Notes under the pieces: generated by a model
What the model was told of the DNA's origin: nothing
Databases searched by the model: none
The model's input: only the letters and a program-made list of their open reading frames with translations
Shown: piece after piece, positions 59,350 through 64,000 of the stretch
Layout of the letters: each line of letters starts with the position of its first letter
Numbering within the stretch: position 1 is the stretch's first letter
Made by a program: the position numbers and the translations under genes
From: a virus
Direction: 5' to 3' (one strand)
IMG/VR virus record: IMGVR_UViG_3300045988_126785
Coordinates: 1 to 64,000 of that record
Length of the DNA: 64,000 bases

Positions 59350-61242
59350 GTCCCGCTCCTTTCGTTTCCGCATGGGAACAAAAACCGTCCCATGTCTCCC
59401 GGTTCCTCTACCGTGCCGAACCGACGTTTGGTCACGGCGATTGGGAACTCCTCAATCTCGCTGGCCCATAGGCACGTTCCGCGTCCGTTCAACTGCTCCC
59501 AAATCAGCGGAAAACCGCCTATTCCATCGAACAAACTCGCCATAGTCGCATTTCGCTCGTAGTTGCCGCACAGCCGTTTCAGCAGCCATTTCCACGGCGG
59601 CAGGGCGATGGAGTTGCCCAGTGCCTTATACCGGGGGCTGTCCGCGTCCTTGTGGCGCTTGCCCTTGCTGTCCGTCCACTCGCCCAAGTCGGTCCAGTGG
59701 TCAGGGAAGCCTTGCAGCCGTTCGCACTCCAACGGGGTCAGACGGCGAACCACCATGTTTTGGCGGACCGTATTGTTCAGGTTCAGGCTTTGGCCTTCGC
59801 TTTCCTTTGCCTGCAAGGTTCCGTTGATCTCCCCGCCCTCGGTGAAATTTCGGCAATCTACGCTTGCGACATACGCGGCCATATCTGTTCGGTATGGGTC
59901 ATTGGCTTTTGCTCTTAATGCTGGGGAAATTTCGCTTGATACCACCAGCATATCGTTGTAAGCGTCCTGCCCGTTATAGCTCCCTGCGTGTGCTCCGGGC
60001 GATAAAGTTCCGGTTGTTTTCTGGTACGTCAGTGGAATCTGATTGCCGCCGGTTCCCATACGGGCTTGCAGACTGGGCGCTACCTCGCCGCAGTCCCGGA
60101 TGACGTCGCAGGCGTGGCTCATATCAAGCACGGCGCACGGTACATGGGCATTGGCGTTCAGCGTGTGACATGGTTTCCCGAAGTCAGGAATACTCCCATT
60201 CTGCTTGCTGGTGATCTGCGTAGTATCAAACGCCATGCCCGCTGGCTGGTGCCCATGCTCCTGTGCTCTCAGCGTACCGGCAACATCATGGCTCACACCC
60301 ATCACATTCCCGCCCTGATCGTTCAGGCACATCACCGCCGGTTTATTCCCTCCGCACTCCGCGTTCAGCGTAGGGGCCTGTTTCTCGGCGTATCCGATGC
60401 TCCGGGCCTGTTCGCTGTTCCCCAGCTTAAACCCGGCGCATACAACTGGCTGGTTGTTCCCGCTCATGCCTGCGGAAGCGGTCAAGGTCGGTGCACGGTC
60501 ATCGCTTCGTACCTCGGCCCCGCCTTGCTGAGTTGCCATGCAGAAAAGCGTCTGGTCATTCCCTGCCTTAATCGTTCCGCTTTTCTCCGTCTGGACTAAG
60601 GCTCCTTTTCCGCCTCCGTCGCATCCTCCCCTGATTCGGACTGCGTAAGCAGCACCGCTTTCAGCATCGGCGGAAGGTCTTTCCCCCTCCGCTCCGCTCT
60701 CCGCAGGATACCCTGACACGCTTTTGCGCTCAAACAGTATTTCCCATGCGGTGTCGCCTCCAAAATCTGCGACAAGCGCGATTCTACGGCGACGTTGGGG
60801 GACTCCCCAGTGTTGCGCATCGAGCACTCGCCACGCAACGCTCCATCGTCCTCCCATTTCATCGTGGTATCCCCCCCAGGTGTTCCAACCTTTTTCAGGC
60901 ACTTCAATATCGGGGGCTTCCGGTTCTGCGATGCGGATGGCTTCTTCGAGGACGGCTGCGAAGTCTTTTCCGCCGTTGCTTGAGAAGGCTCCGGGAACAT
61001 TTTCCCAGACCATATACCGAGGTCGCACAAACTCACCTGTTCGCCCCATTCTTCTGTCACGTTCTCTCATCTCCTTGATAATCCGTATTTGCTCCATATA
61101 CAGGCCGGAACGCGCCCCAGCCAGTCCCGCCCGCTTTCCAGCAATGGAAAGATCCTGTCTAACAAGGTGAACCACCTATCACACAATCCACGGGTTCTAC
61201 TTCATTTCCGTGAATTTTTGTGACATCTCCATAATGCTTCAC
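59346..61242 (-). pseudogene. DNA (cytosine-5) methyltransferase, motif-permuted and interrupted at the catalytic PC-Q
   Basis: Frame A runs from GTG 61242 and reads VKHYGDVTKIHGNEVEPVDCVIGGSPC, then TAG (61159-61161). Frame +1 (track ORF) reads QDLSIAGKRAG...ENVPG...QGFP...GNSIALP, then continues in frame into MASLFDGIGGFPL...ASEIEEF (motifs I-II, from 59543). Confidence 0.6.
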
Positions 61243-61632
61243 CTAAATCACCCCCTCTTGCATTTTCAAATAATCGTCTCGTTTTCTTTCCCTCCGCAGT
61301 TTTCGTTTGCACCGACTCAGAAAATCCGCGTCCATGTGCATCTCCCGGCAAATGTCCGCCGGGTCTGTCCGTGCTTCCAGCAGCTCCCGCAGCTTCTGCA
61401 TTTCCGCTTCCCGCAGAAGGGGCGGCCGCCCGCCGCGGCTGGTAGTCCGACCTCCGCCCGCGCAGTTCACGCATTCCGCATAGGGGCAGTGGTTCAGGCA
61501 GTAGTCGATCTGGCTCTGCCGGTCATGGGTGCATATCTCGATCCGGTCTTTCCCGTCCGCGCTGTCCCATGGCAGCACGGCCCGCACGATCACAGTTACG
61601 GTCTCCACCGGGCATATCTCCTTTCCGTTCAT
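61243..61632 (-). CDS. hypothetical Cys-rich protein (129 aa)
   Basis: Internal start MNGKEICP with an ATGA overlap. Confidence 0.5.
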   Translation of the reverse strand: MNGKEICPVETVTVIVRAVLPWDSADGKDRIEICTHDRQSQIDYCLNHCPYAECVNCAGGGRTTSRGGRPPLLREAEMQKLRELLEARTDPADICREMHMDADFLSRCKRKLRRERKRDDYLKMQEGVI

Positions 61633-62150
61633 ACCTCCCGCACGGTGATGTGCTTCATGTCCTGCATCATCTTCACCTTCATGCGGTAGGTCTTGTCTTT
61701 TTTCGTAGAGGGGCCTTTTACGTCCTCCACAACCAAATGCCATGTGCCGTCCTTCCCCCGATCCTCGTAGGAGAAGTCCGCCCGATACGTCACGGCGCGG
61801 CTTCGGTCGCCGTTGGCCGTGATGTAGCTTTCCTTCAGCGTGAATTGGGGTTGGAGCCGCAGGTCCCGGATGGCCCCGGCCTTGCTGAGCAGTACCAGCT
61901 CGTCATACCGTGCTGCCTCCTTGCGGCTGTCGAAGGTGTGCTCCGTTCCGTTGGGCAGGGTTCGGGCGGTGGGGTGGTTGTGGTGCTTGCGCTTACCCTC
62001 CGCCGCCGCTTCCGCCTTTCCCTTCTCCTCCGTCACGAACCGGGCCATCACCCTGGCCGTCCGGTCGATCTGCTGGGCCTGCATCTGCTGCTGTACCTGC
62101 TTCCGGTATCGCTCCGGCAGGCTGTTTAGATCATCCAAACAAACACTCAT
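61629..62150 (-). CDS. DUF1064-type (Holliday-junction resolvase-like) nuclease
   Basis: Contains FDSRKEAARYDELVLL...YRADFSYED...VVEDVKG. Confidence 0.65.
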   Translation of the reverse strand: MSVCLDDLNSLPERYRKQVQQQMQAQQIDRTARVMARFVTEEKGKAEAAAEGKRKHHNHPTARTLPNGTEHTFDSRKEAARYDELVLLSKAGAIRDLRLQPQFTLKESYITANGDRSRAVTYRADFSYEDRGKDGTWHLVVEDVKGPSTKKDKTYRMKVKMMQDMKHITVREV

Positions 62151-62419
62151 CGCTTTTCCTCCTGATACTTCGGGCAGTCCAAAACCTGCACTCGCTCCAC
62201 CAGTCCGTCCCGATCCATGCGGGATCTCCGCCGGACCTTCCAGCCGGGGACGTCCTCAAAGCGGACCTTTCCGCTTTTCTCGTCCACCCGGCTCCATTCA
62301 CACTGCCCATAGGCCAGCTTGCAGGACCAGCACTTGTGCAGACTGTTGGAGGGGTCCTCCTTCTCCGCTTTCGTGCTGTATCTCCGCATACAGCTTGCCA
62401 GCGTAAAATTACCTGCCAT
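62147..62419 (-). CDS. Cys-rich hypothetical protein
   Basis: Track ORF. The start is uncertain (62425, 62419 or 62389). Confidence 0.45.
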   Translation of the reverse strand: MAGNFTLASCMRRYSTKAEKEDPSNSLHKCWSCKLAYGQCEWSRVDEKSGKVRFEDVPGWKVRRRSRMDRDGLVERVQVLDCPKYQEEKR

Positions 62420-63110
62420 CCCCATCGGCCTTTCCCCGGAGATAGGCCATCACCTCATCCCGGCTGCGCCGCTGGGTCCGTACCGCATCCTTGAACCATT
62501 CCGGCGGCTTCACCGCCTCGGCTTCCGGTTTCGCTTCCGCCGCCGGCAGGGGCTTCTTCTCAGGCGCCGCCAGCTTCTCCGGCTCCGGCCCGGTGCCGAT
62601 GCGCTGTACCAGCGCCCGAACCTCCGAAGGCAGGGCGTTGATCTCCCGTTCCCGTGCGGAAATGGCCCGGTAGCTGCGCTGGAAGTTGCTGGACACTACG
62701 CTGTGCACCGTCTCCGTGTCCATCCGCGCCCACTCCCGCAGCGTGTTTGGACTGCCCACGATCCGCTGTACCACCGGCGGGAACTTCTCAAATTCCTCCT
62801 CCGCACCGTACAGCCCGTTTCGGATGGCCCTTGCCACCAGGCCCCATGCCTCGGCCTCCGTCATTTCCGGTTTTGCCGTCAGCAGGCGAAGTTTGGCCTT
62901 TACCTGTCCGATGGTGGGCGGGAAGCCCTTTTCGTCGCTTTCGATCACGCTTTTTACCGCCGCCGCCACCAGCGCCACCTCGTCATGGGCAAACATATCC
63001 GCCCACAGTTTGATGGCGTTGCGCATATCCGGCCCGGTGGTGCTGCTGTAAAACCGGGGATAGGCCGCCGTCAGAATATCCATGATGATGCCCGTCTCCT
63101 GTCTGGTCAT
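62409..63110 (-). CDS. replicative helicase loader/inhibitor-like protein (G39P-type)
   Basis: Internal start MTRQETGIIMDILTAAYPRF...IKLWADMF, with an ATGA overlap to the upstream stop. Confidence 0.55.
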   Translation of the reverse strand: MTRQETGIIMDILTAAYPRFYSSTTGPDMRNAIKLWADMFAHDEVALVAAAVKSVIESDEKGFPPTIGQVKAKLRLLTAKPEMTEAEAWGLVARAIRNGLYGAEEEFEKFPPVVQRIVGSPNTLREWARMDTETVHSVVSSNFQRSYRAISAREREINALPSEVRALVQRIGTGPEPEKLAAPEKKPLPAAEAKPEAEAVKPPEWFKDAVRTQRRSRDEVMAYLRGKADGDGR

Positions 63111-63976
63111 GTTGTGCGGCCCTCCTCCGCGTCCATCTCCGCCGCCAGCTCCGTCCAGCTTTTCCGGGGCTTGTTCGTCCGGGATGCCGCCAGGGCGGGC
63201 TTTCCCTTCCCGCCGTCCCGGCCCTCCCATGTGAGGAACTTCTGCTTCCAGTTCTTCACCGGGTTGCCCTTGCTGTCCCTCCACGAGCGGCCCTGCGCGT
63301 CCGGGGTGTTAAAATACTCAAAAAACCGACGGGGGTCCACCGTGCTCTGCCGGGACGCGGCGTAGGCTTCCACCTCTTCCAGCGTGGGCGGTACGAATTT
63401 CACCGCCGCCCGCTTTCCGCTCTCCGGTGCCTTTGGCTCACTGGGGGCACTGCCCCCCATATCTTCTGAACGTAGTGAAGAAGATATATCTTCTATATCT
63501 ACTTCTCTTTCTTCTTCTGAAACAGCGACAGGTAGCGACTGGTCGGCATGGCGGTCGAGCGATGTGTCAGACGATTTTTCAATCAGCCGCTTTTGGCTTG
63601 CCCGCCGCTTCGCCTGATAAATCCGGTCCCGCTCCTTCTTTTTCTCGTAAGAATCTAACGTCTGGTGCTTCCCCCAGTTCGGGATCGTAATCACATCGTC
63701 TACAATCTCAATCATGTCGAACTGCTCAAAGGTCCGAAGGGCCATCCGTACAAGGCCAATGTCCCGCCGGAAGATGGACGCCAGCATTTCATCCGTGTAC
63801 GCAATGCGGTTGTTCAGAATAAACACGCCGCTGTTGTTCTGCTTCCCGGCCAGCACCAGCAATTTGAACCAGATCACGATGATGCTGTCCGCACTTGGCA
63901 TGGATTCGATCATCAGAACCTTTTCATCGTCAAAAATGTCCGTGGTAATCTTGATCCACTTCACGTCACTTGCCAT
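63107..63976 (-). CDS. phage replisome organizer (DnaD-like N-terminal domain)
   Basis: Begins VKWIKITTDIFDDEKVLMIESMPSADSIIVIWFKLLVLAGKQN. Confidence 0.75.
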   Translation of the reverse strand: MASDVKWIKITTDIFDDEKVLMIESMPSADSIIVIWFKLLVLAGKQNNSGVFILNNRIAYTDEMLASIFRRDIGLVRMALRTFEQFDMIEIVDDVITIPNWGKHQTLDSYEKKKERDRIYQAKRRASQKRLIEKSSDTSLDRHADQSLPVAVSEEEREVDIEDISSSLRSEDMGGSAPSEPKAPESGKRAAVKFVPPTLEEVEAYAASRQSTVDPRRFFEYFNTPDAQGRSWRDSKGNPVKNWKQKFLTWEGRDGGKGKPALAASRTNKPRKSWTELAAEMDAEEGRTT

Positions 63977-64000
63977 GGCTTCGCTTCATCCTCCCTAAAT

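Overview
The window reads as one temperate, siphovirus-like phage genome from a high-GC Firmicute-type host. That host guess rests only on GGAGG-type RBSs, ATGA/ATGxxTGA translational coupling and gene content. All product names come from motifs I recognise by eye, since no homology search was possible. There are two convergent arms. (1) Plus-strand arm, about 5.4-23.6 kb. It holds accessory, lysogeny and anti-restriction genes: a RelE-like toxin with two RHH proteins, a Cro/CI-type switch with divergent consensus promoters, a DUF3560-like polyvalent protein, an HNH endonuclease and a large N6 methyltransferase. It also holds a 1.7-kb tRNA / tRNA-like / structured-RNA block, HU, several promoter-plus-terminator morons, a NifS-like cysteine desulfurase, an AT-rich HIRAN-nuclease gene on the opposite strand, an ORF6N antirepressor and a tyrosine integrase. 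(2) Minus-strand arm, 64 kb down to 23.7 kb. It runs replisome organizer, helicase loader, DUF1064 resolvase, C5 methyltransferase, many small Zn-ribbon/Lar-like genes, small and large terminase, portal, protease/scaffold and capsid. Next comes an embedded holin/lysin cassette, then neck, major tail, a 1539-aa tape measure, distal tail proteins and three paralogous receptor-binding-type proteins. A further minus-strand block (1-3620: sigma-region-4-like regulator, two methyltransferases, DUF4406) is separated from the plus arm by about 1 kb of repeat-rich non-coding DNA. The integrase 3' end faces the tail-fibre end with only about 100 bp between them, so the phage appears to be in its excised (attP) configuration. 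I saw no rRNA, CRISPR array or transposase. The most unusual items are: the array of CCA-ending tRNA-like elements with non-decoding anticodon arms, embedded in tetraloop-rich spacer RNA; an 11-mer, GCCTGAACAGC, that supplies the stop codon of four genes; a permuted and frameshifted C5 methyltransferase; an AT-rich nuclease-HIRAN moron; an in-frame TGA in a tail-distal small gene; and a GC-rich hairpin array inside the lysis cassette.
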